A DNA stretch of 59,774 nt from Candidatus Thioglobus sp. (lineage in GTDB: Bacteria > Pseudomonadota > Gammaproteobacteria > PS1 > Pseudothioglobaceae), in the NCBI RefSeq assembly GCF_029243085.1, contig NZ_JAQWSS010000011.1, positions 1 to 59,774 of the forward strand, read 5' to 3'. The position numbers and the translations under genes were made by a program. The notes under the pieces are model-generated. The model saw nothing but the letters and a program-made list of their open reading frames with translations. It searched no databases and had not been told where the DNA came from. How positions within the stretch are numbered: position 1 is the first letter of the stretch; every line of letters begins with the position of its first letter. Positions 1 to 7,578 of this stretch are shown here, piece after piece.

Positions 1-665
1 CTTTTTAATGGCTTATCGCCTAACAATACGCTTAAACGTTGTCGATTCAGATCACGACATACCTTTAATTGATCCTTATTTGGCAAATCTTCAAGTGATT
101 CTGATAACAACTGATTTAACAAATTTCCTGATATTTTACCTATGCTACTCTGGCTAAAACCAGATTGCGGTTGATATTCATAAAATGCATTTTTGTCGAT
201 TGATAACCCGCCAACGTCTTGTGAAAAATCAAGTGCATAGCCGAGCTCTGATAACAAATTATTTTCAAACAATCTTAATGACCAATATCGAGTATCTTGC
301 TCTAAATTAGAAACCTGGTTAACAAACTGTTTGTAAAATTCAAACAATTCAGGATATGGGTCATGCTCATGTAACAGGCGAGAAACCAGCTCATTAACAT
401 ACATGCTCAAAATCAACGCTTCGCCTGTTATATTTCTAGGGGTGTCGTCCACCTCCCAGTTGCTTAGAGTTTTAAGATCTCCTTTGCCAGAAAAGGAAAT
501 ATTAAGATGTTGAAACATTTGGATATTGGTTTTTGAACTACGAAGCCCCCTACCCACTAAGCGGATCTTGCCGTGATCTTGAGTAAAAAAATCAAGTAAT
601 AATGAGCTATCTTTGAATGACCTACGATGAATCAGAAAAGCGGGGGTTAGATCGACTTTAGTCAT
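1..665 (-). CDS. recO: DNA repair protein RecO (3' end runs off the window)
   Basis: Manual translation from ATG at 665 gives MTKVDLTPAFLIHRRSFKDSSLLLDFFTQDHG...; follows era as in the rnc-era-recO operon; not in the ORF track because truncated. Confidence 0.9.
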   Translation of the reverse strand, partial: MTKVDLTPAFLIHRRSFKDSSLLLDFFTQDHGKIRLVGRGLRSSKTNIQMFQHLNISFSGKGDLKTLSNWEVDDTPRNITGEALILSMYVNELVSRLLHEHDPYPELFEFYKQFVNQVSNLEQDTRYWSLRLFENNLLSELGYALDFSQDVGGLSIDKNAFYEYQPQSGFSQSSIGKISGNLLNQLLSESLEDLPNKDQLKVCRDLNRQRLSVLLGDKPLK

Positions 666-1542
666 ACCCTAATGAAGCTAAGGCGCGCTTGTCATCTGAC
701 CAGCCGGTAGAAACTTTAACCCATAATTTAAGGAATACTTTTCTATCTAAAAAACCTTCAATGCTTTGACGAGCTTCGGTGCCAATGAGTTTTAACATTT
801 CGCCTTTATTACCAATTACGATATTTTTTTGTGAAGCTTTATCAACAAAAATCCTAGCGGAAATTCTTTGCATATTGCCGTCTAACTCGTACTGTTCAAT
901 CTCAACTGTTAAGTCATAAGGTAATTCATCGGCCAAATGGCGCATCAACTTCTCACGAATAAATTCAGCCACCACAAATTTTTCAGATCGATCAGTAATA
1001 AAATCTGGATCAAAAATCATTTCTTGCTCTGGCAAATGTTTTAAGATTAATGCTCTTAAAGCAGCCGTATCTTTCTTGCTAAAAGCTGACAATGGAAACA
1101 TGTCAGTAGCCTGATACTTTTGTCCGACTTTTTCTAAAAATGGCAATACTTCTTGCGGTGTTTTTAACTTGTCAACTTTATTAATACACAAAATTACCGG
1201 CACATCAACTTGTGACACATGCTCCAATACTCGCGAATCTTCCTTAGTCCATTTGCCCGATTCAACCAACCAAAGAATCATATCAACATCTTTCATGCTG
1301 GAGCTTGCTGCTCGATTCATATAAGAATTAATGGCTTTTTTATTGCCCATATGGATACCGGGCGTATCCACAAATACCATTTGATAATTATCACGAGTAT
1401 CAATCGCATGAATACGATGGCGTGTGGTTTGTGGACGGTGTGAAGTGATTGACAGCTTTTGCCCAATCAACTCGTTAATAAGGGTAGATTTGCCCACATT
1501 AGGGCGTCCAATAACGGCAATAAATCCTGATTGAAAACTCAT
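658..1542 (-). CDS. era: GTPase Era
   Basis: GRPNVGKS, DTPG and NKVD G-motifs, C-terminal KH domain. Confidence 0.98.
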   Translation of the reverse strand: MSFQSGFIAVIGRPNVGKSTLINELIGQKLSITSHRPQTTRHRIHAIDTRDNYQMVFVDTPGIHMGNKKAINSYMNRAASSSMKDVDMILWLVESGKWTKEDSRVLEHVSQVDVPVILCINKVDKLKTPQEVLPFLEKVGQKYQATDMFPLSAFSKKDTAALRALILKHLPEQEMIFDPDFITDRSEKFVVAEFIREKLMRHLADELPYDLTVEIEQYELDGNMQRISARIFVDKASQKNIVIGNKGEMLKLIGTEARQSIEGFLDRKVFLKLWVKVSTGWSDDKRALASLGYD

Positions 1543-2204
1543 AAGGCGATTAATTTATCTAATAAAATTTGAGCACAAGACTGCTCTGCTCTTTTAATAC
1601 TTTTGGCTGATTGCTCAATCTGCATGGCTTGATCTTGCAAAACACATTTCACACTAAACACGGCGTTATGGTCCTTACCAACTGTTTTAACCAGCTCATA
1701 GCTTGGCAAGGTATTGCCACGCTTTTGTAAGTACTCTTGTAATTGGGTTTTAGGATCCTTAAGGGAATCGTTCGGATTAATATCATCTAACAAGTCACGA
1801 TATAAATCTAAAATAACCCTATTAACTGTTTCAAAATCCGAATCTAAGAATACCGCACCAAATACCGCTTCCACTGCGTCTGCTTGGATAGATTCACGTC
1901 GATAACCACCACTCTTTAATTCGCCTGGACCTAAAATAAGTATGTCAGATAATTCAAGCTCTCCAGCAATCTGTGCCAATGTTTGTCCTCTAACTAAGTG
2001 AGATCGCAGTCGAGATAATTTACCTTCATCGACATGGTCAAAGCGCTTATAAAGCTCACGAGAAATCACCACCCCTAAAATACTATCACCTAAAAATTCT
2101 AAACGCTCGTTATTATTCTTACCCATAGAGCGATGAGTAAGTGCCAACTTAAGTAAAGCAATATCTTTAAATTGATAATTAATTTTTTGCTGTAATTTAT
2201 CCAT
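1539..2204 (-). CDS. rnc: Ribonuclease III
   Basis: NERLEFLGDS signature and dsRBD (DPKTQLQEYLQ). Confidence 0.98.
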   Translation of the reverse strand: MDKLQQKINYQFKDIALLKLALTHRSMGKNNNERLEFLGDSILGVVISRELYKRFDHVDEGKLSRLRSHLVRGQTLAQIAGELELSDILILGPGELKSGGYRRESIQADAVEAVFGAVFLDSDFETVNRVILDLYRDLLDDINPNDSLKDPKTQLQEYLQKRGNTLPSYELVKTVGKDHNAVFSVKCVLQDQAMQIEQSAKSIKRAEQSCAQILLDKLIAL

Positions 2205-2236
2205 TACTTGTATTGGGTTTTAATGTGTTTAATACG

Positions 2237-2259
2237 TTTATAATTAGCGCTATTATAAA
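2237..2259. promoter_or_regulatory. Putative bidirectional promoter (overlapping -10 boxes) between rnc and cas6-like gene
   Basis: Near-palindrome TTTATAAT-TAGCGCT-ATTATAAA with TATAAT on + (2239-2244) and on - (2252-2257). Confidence 0.5.
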
Positions 2260-2277
2260 TTTGAGTTCATAATCCTC

Positions 2278-2949
2278 ATGTTTTGGCAAGAAGATATTAA
2301 AGAAGAACATTTTACGCTTCCTGACGATGTGCAAGATGCTGTGTTCAATATTCATTCTAAAGTTTTACCGATTGATCATGCTTATATACTCTCACAAGCA
2401 CTACTATCTGAACTACCCTGGCTGAGTGAAGTTAATGCTGGTATTCACGATATTAGTGTGGCTGATGGCAATGGCTGGGAACAAGACCACGAGTCTGGCT
2501 TTTATTACCCCTCTAAACGATCAAAATTAAGCATACGCATCCCTAAAGAAAAACTGGGCGATATTCAGTCACTGTTGGGAAAAACGCTCGATTTAGGCGA
2601 ATATCAAGTTAAGATTGTAAAAATACTAGAACCCAAACTAATGAGCGACATGCAAATCGTATTTGCTAAGTACGTGGCTTGTGATGAAAACGCCAGCGAA
2701 GAGGATTTTTTGCAAACTTCTTTTGATCAACTACAAGCACTCGGCATTCATCCCAAAAAAATGATGGCCGGCCTGGAAAGAAAAATCACCACCCCTGACG
2801 GCATTATTCACACACGCTCTTTGATGGTGGCTGACTTACGAAAATCAGAATCTGTCAAACTACAAGAGCAAGGTATTGGTGAACATCGTTTACTGGGTTG
2901 TGGTTTGTTTGTGCCGCAAAAAGGCATTGAAAGTGTCGATGCAGTTTAA
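2278..2949 (+). CDS. cas6: Orphan Cas6/Cmx6-like (type I-MYXAN family) RAMP endoribonuclease
   Basis: N-terminal LPIDHAY motif and C-terminal Gly-rich loop QGIGEHRLLGCGLFVP typical of Cas6; 223 aa. Confidence 0.8.
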   Translation: MFWQEDIKEEHFTLPDDVQDAVFNIHSKVLPIDHAYILSQALLSELPWLSEVNAGIHDISVADGNGWEQDHESGFYYPSKRSKLSIRIPKEKLGDIQSLLGKTLDLGEYQVKIVKILEPKLMSDMQIVFAKYVACDENASEEDFLQTSFDQLQALGIHPKKMMAGLERKITTPDGIIHTRSLMVADLRKSESVKLQEQGIGEHRLLGCGLFVPQKGIESVDAV

Positions 2950-3003
2950 CAAGAAACACAATCTTGCATTAAGCTCACTTTAGTATTACAATCAAATCAT
3001 CTA

Positions 3004-3033
3004 TCAACATATTCACTGGTCAACATATTCACT
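3004..3033 (+). repeat. Tandem 14-bp direct repeat (16-bp period) just upstream of soxW-like RBS
   Basis: TCAACATATTCACT at 3004-3017 and 3020-3033, followed by AGGGAGG. Confidence 0.85.
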
Positions 3034-3043
3034 AGGGAGGGGT

Positions 3044-4075
3044 ATGCGAATTTTATTTCTAATTGTTTCTTTATTGTTCTTTCAGCCTTCACTTGCAGCG
3101 CCTGAGGTTAAAGAAGGCGACTACTTTGGCGCCAAAGTTGTTGACGTATTGCCTGACTGGTTTAAAACCACATTCATGGATTTTTCTGAAGACTTAGAAG
3201 AGGCTACCGATGAAAATAAGCATGTGATGATTTACTTCCACCAGAACGGCTGCCCTTATTGTGCAAAACTGGTGGAAGATAACTTTAGCGATGAGGCCAT
3301 TATTGCCAAATTACAAAAAGATTTTGATGTCATTGAAACCAACATGTGGGGTGACAGAGATTTGGTTGATTGGACCGGTAAAGAGTTTAGCGAAAAAGAA
3401 TTTTCAGCCTTTATGAAAGTACAATTTACCCCTACCATCCTATTCTTAAACTCTAAAGGTAAAATCGTACTTCGACTAAACGGTTATCAATCCATCGATA
3501 AAATGCACGCCACGCTTGATTACATTTCTAAAAAAACTTACTTTAATCAATCTTATGCAAGCTATATTAACAGCCTAAAAAAAGACAAATCTGGCACGCT
3601 TAACGCTCACCCTATTTTCGAATCTGGCCCGCATATGTTGTCACGTAGTGAACGCTTTCCAGCGCATAACTATTTAGCAGTTTTCTTTGAAGAGCCTAAT
3701 TGTCCTGAGTGTGATGTTTTTCACCAAACACTGATGCAGCTTGATCAAACCAAAGATCTATTTAAATCAATGCAGGTAGTGCAGCTCAATGCCTTGTCAG
3801 ACGAAAAACTCATCACCCCATCAGGTAAACGTACAACCGCATCACAGTGGTATGACGACTTAAAACTTACCTATAAACCAGCCGTTGTTTTCTTTGACAA
3901 ACAAGGAAAAGAAATTATTCGCAAAGACGCTTTCTTTAAAGAATACCACTTCACTGGCATTATTGAATATGTCGCCACCGAAGGCTATAAGCACCAATCA
4001 AACTTCCAACGTTACCTTGAAGAGCGTTCAGATAAGCTTCGCGCTAAAGGTGTTACGGTTGACATTTGGAAATAG
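3044..4075 (+). CDS. Periplasmic SoxW-family protein with two thioredoxin folds
   Basis: Signal peptide; CPYC and CPEC motifs; LPDWFK..FMDF and FTPT cis-Pro segments. Confidence 0.75.
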   Translation: MRILFLIVSLLFFQPSLAAPEVKEGDYFGAKVVDVLPDWFKTTFMDFSEDLEEATDENKHVMIYFHQNGCPYCAKLVEDNFSDEAIIAKLQKDFDVIETNMWGDRDLVDWTGKEFSEKEFSAFMKVQFTPTILFLNSKGKIVLRLNGYQSIDKMHATLDYISKKTYFNQSYASYINSLKKDKSGTLNAHPIFESGPHMLSRSERFPAHNYLAVFFEEPNCPECDVFHQTLMQLDQTKDLFKSMQVVQLNALSDEKLITPSGKRTTASQWYDDLKLTYKPAVVFFDKQGKEIIRKDAFFKEYHFTGIIEYVATEGYKHQSNFQRYLEERSDKLRAKGVTVDIWK

Positions 4076-4092
4076 TCGTACTTAATAAAAAA

Positions 4093-4422
4093 CTATACCT
4101 TCTTCACAAACTCAGATTTAAGCTTCATGGCACCGTGCCCAGGGATTTTGCAGTCAATGTTGTGATCGCCTTCACATAGGCGAATGTTTTTAACTTTAGT
4201 ACCAACTTTAACGGCATTCGAAGTGCCTTTGATTTTAAGATCTTTAATCACACTTACCGTGTCACCATCTACAAGCACATTGCCGTTAGCATCTTTAACC
4301 ACTTCTTCTTGATCAATAAGATCATCCGCTGAGAATTCATAAGCACATTCTGGACACATCAGAAGGTTGCCATCTTCATACACATATTCAGAATTACATT
4401 TTGGGCAATTAGGTAAACTCAT
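4093..4422 (-). CDS. yjdM: Zinc-ribbon protein YjdM/PhnA family
   Basis: CPKC..CPEC ribbon; KDANG..L.DGD..KDLKIKG; LKSEFVKK. Confidence 0.92.
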   Translation of the reverse strand: MSLPNCPKCNSEYVYEDGNLLMCPECAYEFSADDLIDQEEVVKDANGNVLVDGDTVSVIKDLKIKGTSNAVKVGTKVKNIRLCEGDHNIDCKIPGHGAMKLKSEFVKKV

Positions 4423-4425
4423 TAG

Positions 4426-5280
4426 TTAAACCGTAAATGGATACTTAACAGGATCATGATGCTCATAACCAACCAGCTCAAAATCATCCATGGTTACCCA
4501 AGTTTCTAGATCTTCAAGGGTTTTAATTTTGGGATTAATTTTTAATGATGGTAGAGGTAATGGCTCGCGGTCAACTTGTTCGTTTTTAAAGATTTCCACT
4601 TGGTTTTCATACAAGTGCACATTGGATAAATGATGGCGCATTTTTTTGGCTTTTTTGCCCGTAATCTGTGCGGTAATTAATAATAAAAATGCTACTTGAA
4701 AGTGATTAAACGGCTGACCCAATGCATAGTCACTACTACGTTGATAACTCTCTAAATATAGATCATCACCCAACAAATTAAAGTGATGGGTATGCATGCA
4801 CGCCGGCAAGCAAGCACGATGAATCAGATTGGGGTGATTAAAGGTCATGATCTCACGACGATCATCCACACCATTGGATAAATCCGTTACAATTTTTTTG
4901 TATTGATCCAGTGGCTCATCATCTTCAATCCCTGGAAAGGCACGCCCTATGACACCATAACACATGCCCATATCATCCTCACCTTTGCGGTGTGGGTTAT
5001 CAAGCCATGCTTGGTTATCATTGGCATTGGCATTCCAAGTATTACAGCCTATTGCTCTAAACTGTGCGGCATTATCGTAGCCACGAATATAGCCCAACAT
5101 TTCAGCAATAGCTGATTTCCAGAACAGCTTTTTGGTGGTAATAACGGGTACAGTGCCATCACTTAGATCATGTTCAAAAGTCGCGCCAATAATGGCCAAT
5201 GTTTTTTGCCCAGTACGTGCATTAGATAACCACACACCTTCGTCTAAAATTCGCTTACCAATATCTATGTATGCTTTCAT
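4426..5280 (-). CDS. thyA: Thymidylate synthase
   Basis: LPAC catalytic Cys, YQRS.D...G.PFN, HLY motifs; downstream of lgt. Confidence 0.95.
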   Translation of the reverse strand: MKAYIDIGKRILDEGVWLSNARTGQKTLAIIGATFEHDLSDGTVPVITTKKLFWKSAIAEMLGYIRGYDNAAQFRAIGCNTWNANANDNQAWLDNPHRKGEDDMGMCYGVIGRAFPGIEDDEPLDQYKKIVTDLSNGVDDRREIMTFNHPNLIHRACLPACMHTHHFNLLGDDLYLESYQRSSDYALGQPFNHFQVAFLLLITAQITGKKAKKMRHHLSNVHLYENQVEIFKNEQVDREPLPLPSLKINPKIKTLEDLETWVTMDDFELVGYEHHDPVKYPFTV

Positions 5281-6050
5281 GCTTGTTGTTTATTTGATTT
5301 GTAAAATAAATAAATGCCAAAAATAATCATTGGCAAACTTAATAACTGCCCCATGGTTAACCAATCAAAAGCTAAATAACCTAGCTGTACATCTGGCACT
5401 CGGACGAATTCAATTATAAATCTAAACAAGCCGTAAAAAATCAAAAATAAAGCCGAAACTGACATTAAAGGGCGTGGCTTACTACTAAACACCCAAAGAA
5501 TAATAAACAGTACCAGGCCTTCTAAAAAAGCCTCATACAATTGTGAGGGATAACGACTCACGCCTTGCTCTTGAATATACATACCTAATGGGCTGGTAGT
5601 AACCTTACCCCAAAGCTCACCATTGATAAAATTACCCATTCTGCCAAAACCTAGCCCCAATGGAACTAGTGGCGCAACAAAATCCATCGTAGCAAAAAAA
5701 GTTTTATCGTATTTACGATTAAATAAAACCATCGCCAACAGTACACCTAAAAAGCCACCATGGAATGACATGCCACCGCCCTGAATAGCAAAAATTGACA
5801 ATGGATCAGATAAAAAATTAGGTAAGTTATAAAACAACATGTATCCGATTCGGCCACCAAGCACAACGCCGAGTGCACCATAGAAAATCATATCTTCTGT
5901 TTGCTGTGTGTTCCAATCAGGCAGTTGTTTGGCGCGAGAATTGGCCAATAAATAAGCGGCTAAAAAAGCCATTAGATACATTAGCCCGTACCAGTAGATT
6001 TGTACAAAACCTAAATCTAGGGCAATAGGATTAATATCAGGGTAAATCAT
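5277..6050 (-). CDS. lgt: Prolipoprotein diacylglyceryl transferase
   Basis: WYG, GGMSFHGG, GR.GNFINGELWG, PSQLYE. Confidence 0.97.
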   Translation of the reverse strand: MIYPDINPIALDLGFVQIYWYGLMYLMAFLAAYLLANSRAKQLPDWNTQQTEDMIFYGALGVVLGGRIGYMLFYNLPNFLSDPLSIFAIQGGGMSFHGGFLGVLLAMVLFNRKYDKTFFATMDFVAPLVPLGLGFGRMGNFINGELWGKVTTSPLGMYIQEQGVSRYPSQLYEAFLEGLVLFIILWVFSSKPRPLMSVSALFLIFYGLFRFIIEFVRVPDVQLGYLAFDWLTMGQLLSLPMIIFGIYLFYKSNKQQA

Positions 6051-6062
6051 GATTGATTAAGA

Positions 6063-6079
6063 TGGTGCGCTCGAGGTGA
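6063..6079 (-). repeat. att-like duplicated tRNA-Arg 3' end
   Basis: Identical to 7464-7480, including the CCA end. Confidence 0.9.
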
Positions 6080-6193
6080 ATTCATTACCTATATAGTGTC
6101 CTAGCACCTTGGTATAACAATGGAAACCATGATAAACACTGCAATCTTATTAGTCAAGAAGGTTTTTCTTGGTCTATAAGAAAAATACTTCAA

Positions 6194-6211
6194 GTGTACT
6201 AAATTTGTACT
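6194..6211. repeat. 18-bp arm-type-like repeat, copy A
   Basis: GTGTACTAAATTTGTACT versus GTGTACAGAATTTGTACT at 7397-7414 (16/18). Confidence 0.75.
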
Positions 6212-6251
6212 TCAAATGTGACAATAAAAACCTCAGATTTAAGACCCTACC

Positions 6252-6318
6252 CCACCCCTTTTAGAAGTTAGGTCGGCAGAGAAAACTGGGTTAGATATGA
6301 GATTTAGTTATTTTGATT
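6252..6318. repeat. ~67-bp inner direct repeat, copy A
   Basis: Aligns by eye to 7331-7396 with about 10 mismatches and 1 gap (shared AGGTCGGCA..AAACTGGGTTAGAT..TTTAGT.ATTTTGATT). Confidence 0.85.
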
Positions 6319-6334
6319 AGCTAATAGAAACTCT

Positions 6335-6577
6335 TTAAGTAATTATCAATAAAACCAAATAAGGCACTAAAAGAAAGAAATATATAAATAATTTATAAAG
6401 ACCCATTCCACCATAGTGAATTGAGTTGAATGATTCTCTTTTAATAGGAATAAAGTAATTGCCCTTTTCATATACAAAATCTGGGTATTTTTTAACTAAA
6501 AAAGCCCACACGATAAGTATAGTCAAGTTAATAATTAGATTCCAACCTAAGAAGCTTTGCCACATTTCTATTGTCAT
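6335..6577 (-). CDS. Small two-TM membrane protein (resembles DUF6868 family)
   Basis: 80 aa; strong RBS GGAGG; FLGW...IN and HYGGMGLYKL..FF.LVPY pattern. Confidence 0.65.
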   Translation of the reverse strand: MTIEMWQSFLGWNLIINLTILIVWAFLVKKYPDFVYEKGNYFIPIKRESFNSIHYGGMGLYKLFIYFFLLVPYLVLLIIT

Positions 6578-6587
6578 AAAAACCTCC

Positions 6588-6602
6588 TTATTTACACCAA
6601 CT
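6588..6602 (-). repeat. 15-bp gene-leader motif, copy A
   Basis: AGTTGGTGTAAATAA on -, 10 nt upstream of ATG 6577; identical to 6948-6962. Confidence 0.85.
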
Positions 6603-6616
6603 TAATTTCTTACCAC

Positions 6617-6937
6617 CTAGAAAGTAAGTACTCTGTCTGATTCTTCGATAATAAGATGTAAATCTTCTAAGGTTGACATTGGACACATATCTGAAGATTC
6701 AGATTTCCTAATCTTTAGACAAGTACCACAAGCAAATATCTCTCCATTGGCATCAACAAAAGATTGCATCTGTTCAGAGACTTTAAATTGCTTGTTATCT
6801 AGTGTTTCACTTTCAACACCTTTTGCTAATAAGAACACTCTAACACTGTCTCCTTTTCCTAAAGAGAAGACACCTAGTCTAAATGCATTAAAGACTGTCT
6901 CAGGGTCGTTAGAATAAATCACTATTCCTAATTTCAT
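6617..6937 (-). CDS. DsrE/YchN-family protein (putative sulfurtransferase)
   Basis: VRVFLL..GVE, ACGTC motif, C-terminal SDRVLTF; 106 aa. Confidence 0.85.
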   Translation of the reverse strand: MKLGIVIYSNDPETVFNAFRLGVFSLGKGDSVRVFLLAKGVESETLDNKQFKVSEQMQSFVDANGEIFACGTCLKIRKSESSDMCPMSTLEDLHLIIEESDRVLTF

Positions 6938-6947
6938 AATCTTCTCT

Positions 6948-6962
6948 TTATTTACACCAACT
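6948..6962 (-). repeat. 15-bp gene-leader motif, copy B
   Basis: AGTTGGTGTAAATAA on -, 10 nt upstream of ATG 6937. Confidence 0.85.
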
Positions 6963-6988
6963 CAACTTATTCCTTTTAGGTGATATTC

Positions 6989-7231
6989 TTACGTTTCCTT
7001 TTTCCACCTATTTTTCCCATCCTCTATCAACTTAGCTTTGTAGTTCTTATAGTTTTGAGTGGTATGTACTGTCTCTTTACCTGTCCTAATGTTCAGAACA
7101 CCTTGTCCCTCTCTAGTTTCCGCACTACTACCAACAGGCACTCCCTTTATTGGGGGTCTATTATCTATGTGAACCCTACAGCCGTATTCATTCTCTGTTA
7201 GGTTCGTATTAATTGGCTTCTCAAACATCAT
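6989..7231 (-). CDS. Hypothetical ~80-aa protein
   Basis: ORF co-oriented with the other islet genes; GGAG precedes ATG at 7231/7228; no recognisable motif. Confidence 0.5.
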   Translation of the reverse strand: MMFEKPINTNLTENEYGCRVHIDNRPPIKGVPVGSSAETREGQGVLNIRTGKETVHTTQNYKNYKAKLIEDGKNRWKKET

Positions 7232-7330
7232 CTTCTCCAAATAATCATCTTGTTTTCCATTCTACGCCTTAAACAACTATAAAAAGAATGAATAGTTTTG
7301 AATGACTAACTACTTAGAGAGAATTGCCGT

Positions 7331-7396
7331 CTACCCTCTTTACAAGTGAGGTCGGCAAGGAAACTGGGTTAGATGTGAAATTTAGTAATTTTGATT
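7331..7396. repeat. ~66-bp inner direct repeat, copy B
   Basis: See copy A at 6252-6318. Confidence 0.85.
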
Positions 7397-7414
7397 GTGT
7401 ACAGAATTTGTACT
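7397..7414. repeat. 18-bp arm-type-like repeat, copy B
   Basis: See copy A at 6194-6211. Confidence 0.75.
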
Positions 7415-7463
7415 AAATAAGTAATTTGTAATAACTTAAAAGGTTGTAAACCCTTATGGGAAT

Positions 7464-7540
7464 TGGTGCGCTCGAGGTGATTTGAACACCCGACATTTGG
7501 CTTCGGAGGCCAATACTCTATCCAGCTGAGCTACGAGCGC
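7464..7540 (-). tRNA. tRNA-Arg(CCG)
   Basis: GCGCTCGTAGCTCAGCTGGATAGAG..TTGGC CTCCGAA GCCAA..GTTCAAATC..CGAGCGCACCA cloverleaf, 77 nt. Confidence 0.97.
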
Positions 7541-7578
7541 ATGTTTTGTGCGAAAGTAGTTAAAGTGTGTAATTCTAA

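Larger units (their letters stand above)
6063..7480 (-). mobile_element. Small integrase-less genomic islet inserted in the tRNA-Arg 3' end
   Basis: Flanked by 17-bp direct repeat TGGTGCGCTCGAGGTGA (6063-6079 and 7464-7480, the tRNA 3' end); internal repeats; three small non-housekeeping ORFs. Confidence 0.85.

Noticed and set aside
2950-3043. Possible mini CRISPR array beside cas6
   Set aside because: Only two 14-bp units separated by 2 bp, with no spacer-length unique sequence
6085-6100. NrdR-box-like TATATAGTGT upstream of lgt-thyA
   Set aside because: Only one half matches the palindromic consensus, there is a single copy, and it lies inside the islet
6980-7201. 73-aa + strand ORF in the islet
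   Set aside because: Antisense to the better-supported - strand ORF and has no clear RBS
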